Below, one piece after another: positions 27,050 through 40,647 of a DNA stretch of 64,000 nucleotides. Position numbers and translations under genes: made by a program. The number at the start of each line of letters is the position of its first letter. The stretch's first letter is position 1. The notes below the pieces were generated by a model. It had not been told where the DNA came from, made no database searches, and worked only from the letters and a program-made list of their open reading frames with translations. Origin of the DNA: Cycas panzhihuaensis (Eukaryota; Plantae; Cycadophyta); NCBI GenBank assembly GCA_023213395.1, contig CM041465.1, positions 211,179,741 through 211,243,740 of the forward strand. Direction: 5' to 3'.

Positions 27050-30000
27050 CACTTGTAAAATGTTTAACATATCTAACAATCTCCCACTTGTTGAACACTT
27101 TACAAGAAACACACATATACAATTGCTTAATGCTAATATCATAAACACCTATTGCCTTTCTATACCATTTAAAATTTTCTATGCTAACAACCTTGGTCAA
27201 TGAATCAGCATTTTTTGTATAGTAATCTTTTGCAAGTCCACCTTGTGATATTAAACCATTTCTCTCACAAAATGGAATTACGCATCAATATGCTTCGACT
27301 AAGCATGAAAAGTGGGGTTCTTTGCTAAGTAGATTGCACTTTGACTATCACAATCTATCCTCACAACATCCTCCTTAAAGCCAACATCTATGTATAATCT
27401 CTATAACCAAATTATTTCCTGCATGCATGGATAACTATCATATACTCTACTTACGTATAGAAAATATCACAACTTGTTGTCTTTTTCTTATCCAACCGAT
27501 TGTGCCACCACAAAGGGTAAAAACATACCTTGTAGATCTTCTCTTGTTAAGATCTCAATGTAATTAGCATTAACAAACCCTCTTAGGTTCACTATTCTAC
27601 TCTCCATGGGATCTCCTTGATAGCAAAGTCTATAGTCTAATGTACCCTACGGATACCTAAAAATCCTTTTCACAACCACCCAATGCTCCCTGCTTAGGTT
27701 TGACATGTACTGTTAACTACTACCATTGCATGGGTAATGTCAGTCGAGTATAAATCATTGTATATATTAGGCTACCAACAACACTAGCGTAAGGGATAAC
27801 TACCATGTCTTTAACTTCTTAGTGAGTCCTTGGCATTATTCAATTGATAATTTTAAACCAAGAAGAGGAATATTAATTGGTTTACTATCTTACAACTGAA
27901 TCGCTTCTGATATTGTCTCAATATCTTGATTTTAGCTAAGCCAAATCTTCTTGTTTCTCCTATCTCTTTTAATCTCAATGCCTAAAATAAAATGTGTAGT
28001 ACCAAGGTCCTTCATCTCAAAATGAGATCTTTGGTTGGCCTTTCACAAATTGGTTTATTTCTTTATTGTTACCAACTAAAAGTATGTCATCAACATATAA
28101 AGCTAGAATAACAAAGTGATCACCAACTTATTTATAATAGACACAATGATCTACTTTTTATACACAAAGTCATTTGCTAACATATGTGAATCAAACTTAT
28201 GATACCACGTCCTTAGTAGTGTTTCAAGACATATAATGATTTCTTGACCTACACGACATATTCTCCTTCCTTGTAACTTCAAAAACTTTAGGCTATAATA
28301 TATAAATTTCTTCCTTAATGTCACCATGAAGAAATGTAATCTTCATATCCATATCATGGCGGTTGCTACATCTAATAAAAATCTAATTGAAGCTATTTTT
28401 GTAACAAGAGAAAATATCTCACCAAAATCTATTCCCTTGACACAGAATAGCCCTTTACTACCAAGAAATCCTTACACTTTTCCATGGTGCTATCTCGCTT
28501 GGAACTTCTTCTTAAAGATCCATTTATTATTAAGATATTTTCTTCCATCAAGTAGATCGACCAAATCCCACGTGTTATTTTTATCTAAGGCCATCATTTC
28601 TTCTTCCATAGCCTTCATCTAGAGTTGGCTCTCTTTTAACTCCATAGCCTATTGAACAATACCGGATCATCATCATAGCGAGATAAAATAAAAGATGAGC
28701 GACAAAAGTCTTCGAATATACCTTCTAGGTTGTCTTCTCTTACAAGTTGATCTCCTCAATATGTAGGGTTCTTGAGGTTGAGCTAACTCTATAACCGGTC
28801 CTTCCTCTTCAATTAGTTCAAATCTTGATGAAGAGTTTTCATCTTTATCTTAAATTGTACCTTCTTAGAGTTTTCCTCCTTTAGTTCTTCATCTTGCTTT
28901 AGAGACTTGAACTCCTCTCTAAAGATAACATCATAACTATACATAACCTTTTATGTTTCAAAGTTACAAAGCTTGTACCTTTTAACACTATCATCATAGC
29001 CAATAAAAATAGTCTTTTGTACTTTGAAATCAAGCTTAGTCTGTGTTGTTTAGGAACATGAATAAAAACTTTAAAACTAAAAACTCTAAGATGACTAAGA
29101 GATGGTTTCTTACGGACCACACTACTTGGTGTTTTGTACACTAAAGTAGTTATTGGTGATCTATTCATCATGTAGCTTGTAGTCATAGCCTCAACCGAAT
29201 TTCTCTAAACCAATAGCACTAAGCATACTCCTCAATCTTTCTAGTAAGGTCCTATTCATCCTTTCAACAACTCCATTACGCTATAGTATATAGGAAATCA
29301 CTTTTACCTTGTTATTCCATATTGCTTACAAAAGCGCTCAAACTCCTTTCGGAAAAATTCACCTCCATTATTAGTCAATCTTCTTATCACTCCGATTCTC
29401 AACCGGGGACTTGAATTCTTTGAATTTATTAAAGACCTCATATTTCTCCCTAAGAAAATATAACCATGTCTTTCTTAAAAATCATCTATGAATGAAAAGA
29501 ATTTAGATCCACCCAATGAGGGTATATCAACAGTCCAAAAACATCACTATGTACCAATTGTAGAATACCTTTTCCTCTCTTTGATCTTGAAAGAAAACTA
29601 ATCGATTCTATTTTCCATACACAATGCTCACGGAAATCAAAATCAATGAGCCATTAATTCTAGAGATGTTTTACGCCATACCTTTGGAGAATAAATCATA
29701 GATGTCTTTCTCTCCAATATGGCCTAATTTCTAATGCCACAACATAGTTTTACCAAAGAAGTGATATTTAGGTCCTACCTACATTATTGTTACTTTATGT
29801 AATAGTTGGACTCTATTTGTCGACATACAATATGCTCACATCAAGCTTGTATAACATTCCAAATTAGACTTCTCTTACTAACACCAATGCTCCTCACACC
29901 ATTACATGCTGTCCTTATTAAAATCACTTCTATTATTATATCATCCAATTAACTAATGCACAATAGACTCATAACCAAACTAGAAATATGACTCACATTA

Positions 30001-31135
30001 AGGATAGTTTTAACCATTCCATCCCTAAATTGAACCTTCACCTTTCCACGACCCATAATTTTATATAAGTAATGATTCCAAAGAAATATTTCACCTCCAT
30101 CAATACTTGTGTATTCACAAAACCATTCCCTATGGGAGTAACATAAAGTGAAATACCGAGTCAATTAACTAAGATTCAACATTTGACAACTTACGAGGTT
30201 GTTAGATAAACATCGCCATCAACTTCATAAAAGGATTTTATTACCATAGAAGAAGTAGCTTCAGGTGAATTTCCTTTATCAACCTTGACTTAACATTATC
30301 TCTTTATATAACCAACCTTCACACATCTCTAATATACCAACAAGCCTCCACATGGAGATTTGGCTTTCCCTCTAAATTTTGGCTATTTATTCCTAGGGTT
30401 TATTTCTTTTAAATGATTCTCGGAAGATTTTCGCCTTGTCTCTTCTGACAATAGAGCAGTAACAACATCATTAAATTTCGTGGTGGGAGCGGTTGTACTA
30501 CCAATTGTCATCACACGATTATCCCAAGAATTAGGAAGCGAAAATAACGGATAATACACTTGTCTTCTTTAGACATTGTTATCCCAATTGAAGTAAGTTA
30601 GCTCACCAACGTGTTAAATGCGATAAGATGATGTGCAATCATCTCTATCACTCATCCCGAGTGAGTATAATTTTTTCAAGAAATAGCTTATTAACCGTTG
30701 ACTTAGTCAAATACAAAGCCCCTAACTTTGTCTACGGATATTTAGTCGTAGGCTCTATGGCAACATTTAATAATACCATGCCTAAAAGGCACAATCTTAT
30801 CGAACTTATTACTTCTTTATTAAGCTTCTTCCGGTCTTTATCACCTATAATTATAGGCTTTGTTCTTGCTACAACGATCCACTAATCCTTCTCGATGAGG
30901 ATATCTTCCACCTTTAGCTTTCACAACTCAAAGTTTTAACCATTAAAGCGTTTTAATCTTCATCTTTGTAATGCTTACCATGATCTTCACACTCAAGTTC
31001 ACTAAACAAGACTACCATTCACCAAATGACTTCCTATAGAACTAAAACCCTTAGCTTTGATACCAAATGGAGAGAAAAATATAACTATGAAAGCAATATG
31101 AATAGAACTTTTAACCATGAAAGAACAAAAGGGCA
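26471..31135 (-). mobile_element. Decayed Ty1/copia, copy B
   Basis: Paralogue of 15960-20585. 3' LTR 26471-27078, reverse PPT atctcccacttg from 27079, PBS 31054-31065, same 5' LTR truncation. Confidence 0.92.
26947..27048. repeat. (TA)n/(TACA)n microsatellite inside the copia LTR
   Basis: Directly visible; the equivalent tract in copy A (~16453-16466) is only ~14 bp. Confidence 0.97.
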
Positions 31136-33550
31136 TAATTCTAAGACTAAGACTCATAATTTAGAGTGCCTTAAAGTTTATAAAATCATCATGAAAGTAA
31201 GGAAAATGGTAATCAATTCAGAGGATGATGAAGACCAAAATAAACCTCATTAGTATGCTATTTAGATTGATTATAGTCTCATGCTAAAAATTTCTAGGAT
31301 TGGGTAATACAAGTTGCACATAAGAAATGGACCTTAGATTAATTGCTAATGATAAAGTGAGGATGTTGAATATGGCTCACAAAGGCACACATAAAGGAGT
31401 ACTAAGGATTTAAACTATCATTATAAGAGTGCTTAGTCTACACTTGAAGAGTTTTCAATCTAGAAAGCAAAGATCTAACTTTAGATCATAGAGTTATAAA
31501 GTCTACTTGAGGATTTCCTTAATGTAGCTTACTAGTTGAATAATGAGTTGCAATTTCATTTGAACTTAGGTATAGCTCAATTGAAAAACCAATCGAAGAA
31601 CAACTTCAAGTTTTGTTAATATTATTTCACAAGACTTATAATGGATTAGTTGAATCGCAAAATATACTCACACTCTTATAGACTTACTTTATAAGTTCTT
31701 ATTGATAAGGAGATATTACCCTACATACCAATTTTTATTTTTCTATTCTTTATTTGTAAATAGTTGTACATATGTGTTTTCATCTGCTCATGTACTTAAC
31801 TCCCAAGAGATGCTAGTGAATTTTAAGAAATTATATAGTGCTCTAGTATAGATCACATTATAAGTCCATGAGAGATGTTAATGGCCATGTTGATTAGCCA
31901 ATATTAGTTAAAAGGTGAAGTCGAAATGAAATCGAGTTGATCAAATGAATTTGAAGGTGATGTCGACCATGTTAGCATGAGTTGGGTTGTGAACAAGGCA
32001 ATTATGAGTTAATTCTTATACTTGGAATAGATTTAGTTAGTATAAATATTTGTAATACTATAAAAGCTTAAGTAATGAATCATTGTATGACCAAGATTTT
32101 GGTGATCAACTTAAGATCCACACTTCTATAAGTATTGGTCATTAGATAATGTGTTTGGTAAGAGCAATCAAATTGGGTAACGACAATAGAGTTATTGATA
32201 ATTAGATTAGTAAAGGGCATGTTATGTGCATCGTGATAATGCTTGGTTGGGATTTGATGATTATTAAGTAATTGTATGTGTATAGTGAGCTTAGCCTTAA
32301 ACATCTAATAATGCATTATATATGTATTATATTACAATATACATGTATATACAAATATAAATAGATAGATATATGCATCGCATATATCCACCCCTAGTTA
32401 ATAGAGGCCAATCCATTATATTATATTATCCTTCTTGTATATGAATATATCTATATATAAAGTCAATAAAAAGAGGAATACTTCCTTGGTTGGTTATTAA
32501 TCTCGTATTTTATTCATTACATCCGATGATGCGTAATCCCATTTCCATAAGTTTGAAGTAAAAGAAACCACCCTCCCACTAAAATATGATCATTGAGGCA
32601 AGGATCTTGAAAGGACTCAATGGTTTTGATAATATAATGAATACATTTCACATAGTTAGATGACATCTATGCAAATTAATCTTAGCAACTTTTTAAAAAA
32701 TTGTAATATATATTTAAAAATGTGTAACAATAGGACTATAAAGTTGTAATTTGGCATTAATGTTCATTTCAATTTACATAGTTGTATAACTATTCATTGT
32801 AAAAATATCATCTAAATATAAATTAAACAAAGTGCAAAATTATAAATACATAGTGTGAGGACATTATTATAAAGTTTATTACTTGAGTGTTACTATTAAA
32901 TTTTTAGGTAATAAGACTGTGTTATTAGATAAACATGATTATTACACCATGTTATATATTTTTCAAATTATTATGACATTAGTGATGTTAAGGATAAAAT
33001 TTAAAAAGAAAAACTAAAGAATCTAGTGACATAATGGTAATGATATCTTTTCTTGACACTTATTTGCCATAATCCAATATTTATAATATGATATAAAATA
33101 ATTTTACAAAGAAGGTGTAGTCATCCTACAAGGTCATCCGTCTTAACAAAAATTTATATTATCGAATAATTAGTCAAAAATAATATAATACAATATAAAT
33201 ATTTTTGCCAAAGAATTGTGCTAGTCACAATAGTCATACAATAGGAGAAATTGTCAAAAGAAAGCGAATCTTAGAAAATAATCCAAATTAAAAATGATAT
33301 AAAGAACCTATATTTAAAAGTAATTGGGTACCGACATGGCATAAATTGTAGAATATTATTTAAAATCTTTGTTTATTACTAATTTCTTGCAAAATCTTAT
33401 AAAATCAGATGAACCGTGGAAAAGATACTAATTACGTACCAAAATCTTATAAAATCGGATGAATTATGGAGAGATCCGTGCGTTCTCCAGTTGGAAAAGA
33501 GATCTAGGGAGAAAATCATTCGAAGGCATTCAAATTGTGTGAGTGGCAAG

Positions 33551-36500
33551 ATGGATCTGCTGAAATTGAAATTGTTGTTTCTTCTATTCACCTTTGCAAT
33601 TCCCTTTTCGTCCTCGTCGCCTCCATCTCATCCGCATTCCCATCCCCACCTCAACAACGCTACCGATCAACACTCTCTTTGCGATTCAAGGCCAAAATCT
33701 TTTACGACCCCAAAATGTATTGCTCCACTGGAATCCCAATCGCACTGCATTTTGCAATTGGACCGAGTTACTTGCAGCCCAAGGAGGGACAGGGTGGTGC
33801 TTCTCAACCTCGCGGATATGGCTCTCCAAGGTTATCTCTCTCCTTTCCTCGCTAATTTGTCATTTCTTCGTCAATTACGGCTTCGCAATAATAGTTTTAT
33901 GGACATATTCCCCCAGAATTTGGGCACCTTCGTCCGTTGAGAAAGTTTTTCCTTTCGTATAACCCTCTGAGCGGACGCATTCCCTCTGAACTCGGCCTCC
34001 TCACAAATCTAGAGGTTCTTGCGTTGAGATCAAATAGCCAGACAGGTAGCGTTCCCTCTTCCTTGGCCAACATCTCGTAAACAATTTGTCCGGCGTCATC
34101 TCCACTGCATTCGGAACACTCACATGTGCAAAGCCGAGTGTCAGGGAGCATTCCCTCTTCGTTGGCAAATATCTCCACCTTGATTGAATTGGATCTTCGT
34201 TCAAATCACATCAGCGGTGTCATTCCTTCCCAATTCGGTCGTCTTACAAATCTCAACTCGCTTACCTTGTACCAAAACTACTTGGGAGGATCAATTCCTT
34301 CTTCCCTGTCCAACTGCACCTCTCTCCAAATTCTGTCTTTATCACAAAACGATTTAGTTGGACGCATTCCATCGGAGTTGGGCTACAAACTCCCCAACCT
34401 TCAACAAGTTTATCTGTGGACAAATCGGCTGAGTGGCAACATTCCAAACTCCTTTGGCAATTGTTCCCGACTCACAATACTTGAGCTATCCCACAATCAG
34501 CTGAGCGGGATGGTGCCAATAGAGCTGGGTAAGTTGGCTCTCCTTCAATCGCTTCTTTTGTGGGGAAATCAACTTGTTAGTGGAAGCGGTACCGAATGGC
34601 CCTTTCTTACACATCTCACCAATTGCTCCCTCTTACAACTGTTAGATTTGGACCAGAATCGACTGACTGGCGTTTTGCCTTCTGTTATAGGCCAGTTTTC
34701 TACCAAACTTTATAGGAGGAAGAATACCTTAGCAGATTGGCAATCTAACCAACTTGACATTCCTGGCTTTGGATCACAATCTCTTCAGCGGCAGCATTCC
34801 ATCGGAATTCAAAAGACTCCAAAAGCTGGAAAGATTGGATTTGAGCGACAACAAATTAGAAGGGAGCATCCCGAGCGAGATGGGTGAACTGCAAAGCTTA
34901 GGACTCTTGTCGCTTGAGGAAAACGTTCTCTCTGGACCAATTCCCGTTCTCTTCGCCATCCCCAGCAGCTCAGAAGGCTTAATCTTTCGAAAACCAATTA
35001 TCAGGAAACATACCTGCAGTTCTTGGCAACTGTTGGCGTCTGGAACTGCTCGACCTGTCCTACAACAGACTTCATGGAAACATACCGCCAGAGGTTGCGG
35101 GTCTACAAAATCTACTATTCTATTTCAACCTCTCAAGCAATTCCCTCCAAGGCTCCCTCCCCCCCGAGATTGGTAAAATGGTAATGACTCAAGCCATAGA
35201 CATCTCTGCCAATCGGCTGTCTGGATTCATTCCAACCACACTTGGAAGCTGCGCAGCGTTAGAGTACCTGAATCTATCCCATAATGCCTTGCAAGGTCCA
35301 ACTCCACTTTCACTCGGAAATATAAAAGGTCTCCGAGACATGGATCTCTCTTCCAACAAGCTGTGGGGTACAATACCAAAGTCTCTGGAGAAACTCCATA
35401 TGCTTACGCACCTGAATTTCTCGTACAACAACCTCACTGGAGAAGTTCCAAAAGGAGGGAATTTTGCAAATTTTAGTAATGCATCATTTATGGGAAATCC
35501 CAGACTCTGTGCACCATGGATACACTTGCCTGCCTGTCCCAATTCCACCCCTTTGAAACAAACAGGGCATTCGTCTCTCAAAAGAGTAATACTACCAATT
35601 GCAAGCGTTGGTGTTTTTATTCTCTGCTGTTTACTCACAGGATTCTTTTGGAGCAGGAAGAGTCTACATCTCCCAAAAACCTTTGCATTAAAACAGGAAC
35701 TCCTTATTATTTCGTATCAACAAATTACCGAAGCGACTGACGGATTTAGCGTGGGCAACCTGCTTGGAGTCGGTAGTTTTGGATCAGTCTATAAAGGGAT
35801 TTTAGGGGATGGCACAATGATTGCAGTCAAGGTTTTTAATTTGCAGGATGAAGAGCGCAATGGAAGTTTCAAAAAGGAATGCGAAGTATTGAGGAGAGTT
35901 CGTCACCGGAACCTTGTTAAAATTGTGACCTCGTGTTCTACCCTTAATTTCAGAGCGTTGGTCCTTCAATTCATGGCAAAGGGAAGCTTGGAAAAGAATC
36001 TGTATCCTGATGACACGAACGAAGGTGAGGATGGGAATGGTTGTTCATTGAACTTGCTCAACCGATTGAACATTTCCATAGACGTAGCCCACGGCATGCA
36101 ATACCTGCATCATGATTGCCATGTTCGAGTTCTGCATTGCGATCTAAAGCCAAGCAACGTGCTTTTAGATGACGACATGACAGCACACATTACCGATTTT
36201 GGCCTGTCTCGAATTATTTGTCCCACCTCTGAGGATTCCTTCACTTCAACACTGCGAGGATCCATCGGGTACATCGCCCCAGGTTTGGTTTTGTGGTTCA
36301 AATCATCAAAATGTTATTTCTCCTTTTTCGCTCGTGTATTTCATACGTAGAATGAAACTTTAAACACGATGGCTTGAATGCAGAGTACGGATTAGGAGGA
36401 AGGGCTTCAACGAAGGGGGATGTTGACAGCTATGGTATTCTGTTATTGGAGATGCTGACCAGAAGAAGGCCCAGCAGTGACATGTTTGTAGGAGGACTGG

Positions 36501-36845
36501 ACCTGCACAAGTGGGTGACCATGGCATTTCTTGAGAGATTGCTGGATGTTATCGACGGTAGCCTCCTGACAGACGTGAGTGAGGAAGGAATAGACGGGCA
36601 TAACGTGCACAAATGTCTTAGGAAACTCATACTCGTGGGTTTGTTGTGCACAAAACAATCACCTGAAGAAAGACCAAATATGAGAGATGTGGCGGGACTG
36701 TTGGAGTATCAGAGCAACATTTCTTGGAGTAACAAATAGAGGGCCTTTCAATTTACCGGCAGATATATCGTCCTTGTTAGATAGTAGAACTGTAACACAG
36801 AACAACGGAGAAGCGTCTGATAGCCAGACTTCTTCCACACGCTAG
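33551..36845 (+). pseudogene. LRR receptor-like kinase, subfamily XII (non-RD), copy B; full length but disrupted
   Basis: Same architecture as copy A with complete subdomain XI (LLCTKQSPEERPNM). A frameshifted tail SIRATFLG...SDSQTSSTR ends at TAG 36843-36845. Several frameshifts, a 26-bp deletion at ~34708 and a TAG at ~34730. Confidence 0.93.
36283..36383 (+). other. GT-AG intron in kinase domain (copy B)
   Basis: Appears identical to 25677-25777. Confidence 0.92.
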
Positions 36846-38596
36846 TTGATGTACATGAAACATCAAATCCACAAACGTCTATCGTAATGCTGTGATGTCG
36901 TTTCACCCAGTAAATATCACAAATAAAGTTATTATCGTTGATGGTTTGATCTGCTAACCAAATTTTTTGGATTCTATTTGTTAAATTATCGGTGTGAAAT
37001 CATGAACTTTAACGGCTAAGGACAAATCGCTGCGCATCAATCAATCAATCGAGCGTAGGAGAAGGAAGATACGTAAACAGTAGTTAAAATAAACGTAATT
37101 TATCCGCAACATTTAAAAAAAAAAAAGAAGACATGTTATCAAAGGGTTATTGGGATTCGAATCGGCTTTGTATACAGCAATAAAGTGAAATAGTTGTGTA
37201 AATTTTAAGGCTTATTTAAGTCATTCTTTTGTAAGGTTAAGTTTTAAAAAAAATATTTTAAATATTATTTTAAATAAATTATAATAAAATTTTATTTTAA
37301 TTAAATTTTAAAATCTACATTTTGTAAAACTTTGTTGGGGTGAAATTTGAGATATTTTATTTATGAGAGATTTATTATATGCTTGGTAAGAGTGAATTCT
37401 TGATCTCCAAAAATATTGCATGAGTTGAAACTTATTTACTTCTTATACTTTTCTAAGTAATCACACAAAATGTAGGCCCCCATCAAAACCCACAAGATGA
37501 CTTTCTCCTTAAAAATTATGACTACACACTATTGTTTTATGTTATTAATTAGATATATCGCATCACACTTTTTCATAATGCGGGATGTGAAGAATGAAAG
37601 TTGGCTTGATATGAAGAGCAAGCCACTTGCTCTATCAAGGATTTTGGCATTAAAAAAAATGCAAAGAGGATTTCAAAATGATAAGAAAATTGGTATCATT
37701 ATTCTCTTTGATTGTGATACATAGTACTCCATTCATTCACTTGTTTCCCATGTTTAGGACATTCCTTAAGTTGATTGATTCTTCAATCTTAAAGAATTTC
37801 AAGCAGTGTCTTTAATGAATTTTCTATAATAACTTCTCATTTCCAAGAATTCTTAACTTCATTTAGACTAGTTAAAATTGTAAATACTAAAATCATTTCA
37901 ATTTTTGCAATATTTGGCACTAACCCTTGCCTTTTAAAAGTGTGAGTTAAGAGCCTTCCAAATGGTACCATAAATTTATATGTTACCAAGTTAAGATATA
38001 ATTTACATTTTTATAATCCTCAACCATGTCTCTTAGGTTTCTCAAATGGTTATCCAATGAGCTATACAATATCCAATCATCAAGGCAAGCTCTCACCTTT
38101 GTTTCAATTGCCTCTTTAACTATATTTGACATGACTTAGAATGTTCTTTGCGTTGGTCAAGCTAAATGGTATTTCTTAATAAGCATAGGTTCTTCATGCT
38201 ATCAAAGGTGTATATTTTTATTAATCATTTGGAGATATTTTGACCTAATTATAACCATTAAAGGCACTTGTAAAACAATATACTTTATAGCTAGTAATTA
38301 TCAAAGATATCTTTAGAAAGTGGTAACGAAAATATACCTTTCTTGGTGATTTCTTCAATGGTCGAGAATTAACACAAATACATTTTGATTCTTCTCTTCA
38401 ACCACCATCACTAAGCTCATCCATTAGTATTATCTTATGCATTATCTACCTTATAAATATAACCTAACACCAACACCTTATCTAATTCTATCTTTACCTA
38501 ATCATTAACCATGCAATTCATTTGGCGAGGGCTTTGCCATATCGATTTTGCACCTTCCACTAATTCTATCTAATACACTCCAAATTTTGATGATGT

Positions 38597-40625
38597 GGTG
38601 GAGGGTCGTAGGATGCCATGTGATATGTATCCCAAGTCGTCATAGGCTAAAGTGTTAAGATGTAACATGTATAGGTAAACAATGCACAATGATCATACAA
38701 TCAACCAATCAATGTGTAATGTGCCTCTATCAACAACCTCCTAGCAACTGAAGCCAACGAGGAGTGAGGATAGAAGCATATCTGCACTTACTTGAGTCGA
38801 ATCACCCATGTCCATTCCTGGTAGCTAGGAAACACGCCCTTGGTAATAGAGCCTTGCTACTCGGAAGCGTGATGTGATGGTGAATGCTAACAACACAAAG
38901 GTTAGTAACATGCGTCAAAGTATAGTGATGTCATCATCCAAGGGTGGTGGCAAGTGTCATGGTGGAATGCGTGCACAAGGAGAAGAGAGGGGTAGTATAG
39001 AAATTTTATCGTCATCCTAAAATCGATGAGAGAGAATGTGGAAGAGGGGATGCCCCATCGCACATATGTAAGGTAAATAGCGATGGCCAGTTATGAACAC
39101 GATCAACCAAATCATATGAATGAGAAATATGTATACATGAAGGTCAAAATGTAGGGGCTTTGTACCATGAATGATACAAAGGGCAAAGTGAAGAAAATAA
39201 ACCTAGTGGTCACTATAGATTAGCCTTATTAGTAGGTGGCTTTTGGAGTGCGACAGTCACAAGATGAAGGATGGGATGATCCTAAAACTAGGGTGATTAG
39301 GCCACTTGATAGGTTCCTCAAGTAGGATTGTCGAGGAGAGGAGATGACACTCAAGGATGCAATGGGCGAGGTCATATGCCTCGGTGTTTAGGTCTCAAAT
39401 AATGTGTTAAATGTCTACAAAGGAGAAATGGGATATGAGGGACCTAGGTCAAAGTGAGGACTCTCAAACGTGGGTAACATACCTAGTAGACCTAGGTAAG
39501 ATGCAGACAACAATTTGAGAGTCGCAAAGAAGGACGATGGGACTACGGTAGAAAGCAGTACATCAATAAGTGCCTTAATAACAATTGTGTACTCGGCTTC
39601 ATTATTGGTGGCCTTATAAGGAAAGACTCTAAAATGTATATAGTCGTATCTAGAGGGTCACAAAGAAATCCATGTGAGAAGGTCTGGATTACCGTAGCTT
39701 CCTCCTTGGTGAAGATAAGCATTACCATGGTGAGAAAGTGAGGATCTCGTTGGATGGCCAAAAATAACGGTGAGGTTAGTAGGTGGAAAGAAGGGAGGTG
39801 AGGTAGCAAAGGGCTACAAATCACTCGGAGGGCTAAGAATATGGGTCATGAAGGATAAGAGAGTCCCGAAAAGAGGCTACCCAGAGGTGAAGAAATTGAC
39901 CTAATAAAGAGGTGCATGAATGGCGAGACGTGCCCCTTTGGGGCCCTAAGGGTTACTAAAAGGACCAAGGTGAGGTCTAGAATAGGCGAGGCACTTCCTT
40001 TGGGAGCTCCAAAGGCTTGAACGAGTAGAAAAATAACTCGGAATGGTGAAATGAGTCAAAGGAGTATAAACATGGGTATGTTTTGGAGCGGTGCAAAAAC
40101 AAGATAAAAGGGATCCATTGGAGACCAAGGGATCACCATAAATGCACCAAAATGCCTAAAAGGAATCCATGAAGGTGAAACAAGGGGTCAAACCCGAAGA
40201 CAAAGGTAATGAATTCAAGAAGATGGTCACGAGGGTTATTCTTTGTAGAAGAAAAGGAGAAAGTGTCTCCGGGGCCCTAGTATATAAAGGAAAGAGGGTA
40301 AAAACAAGATTCATTTTCAAGGGCTCACGATCGATCCGGAGCCCTTACTTCTATGAAGTAGAGCTCTACTTGACTTGAGGCACACGGTGAGAGATCGATC
40401 GTTGGATCGAAGTGAGGAGATAGTTGACATGACCCGGACAATGATATGGCGGTGGTGAGTGGATCTAGTAAGTGGATCATCCCCTACCCTCCATTTTATC
40501 ACCTATATTTAATGACTTTTTATGCTTTTATGGCTTTTTTGCACCTTAAGGGCAATTTGGGACCCTCTTGAGCTGAATAGGTCCTAGAGAGGAGAGGACC
40601 AAGGCATTAGGTAGCCACGGTCCCG
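38597..40625 (-). mobile_element. Tat-like gypsy E0, 3' part (3' LTR fragment 38597-38834 plus 3' internal region)
   Basis: Colinear with E1 43215-45475. LTR terminus ...ggaaaca at 38834, followed by reverse PPT-like cgcccttgg. Confidence 0.85.
39330..39728 (-). pseudogene. Stand-alone archaeal-type RNase HI (aRH) of E0
   Basis: Across frameshifts: MVMLIFT.GGSYGNPD..., TNNEAEYTIVIKALID, LCDSQIVV, FSFVDI*HII*DLNTEAYDLA. Confidence 0.85.
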
Positions 40626-40647
40626 AGAGGGAGAGGACCAAGGCATT

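Larger units (their letters stand above)
26086..36612 (+). repeat. Tandem duplication unit B
   Basis: Colinear with 15555-26006; the gene continues beyond the shared part. Confidence 0.93.

Noticed and set aside
23054-36658. Antisense and alternate-frame ORFs over the RLK genes
   Set aside because: Shadows of the LRR-RLK reading frame.
36700-36716. PBS-like GTATCAGAGC
   Set aside because: It is coding sequence of the kinase tail (SIRA), with no adjacent LTR.
37880-38100. Minus-strand VPFGRLLTHTFKRQGL, reminiscent of retrotransposon extra-ORF proteins
   Set aside because: Too short and degenerate to call without a search.
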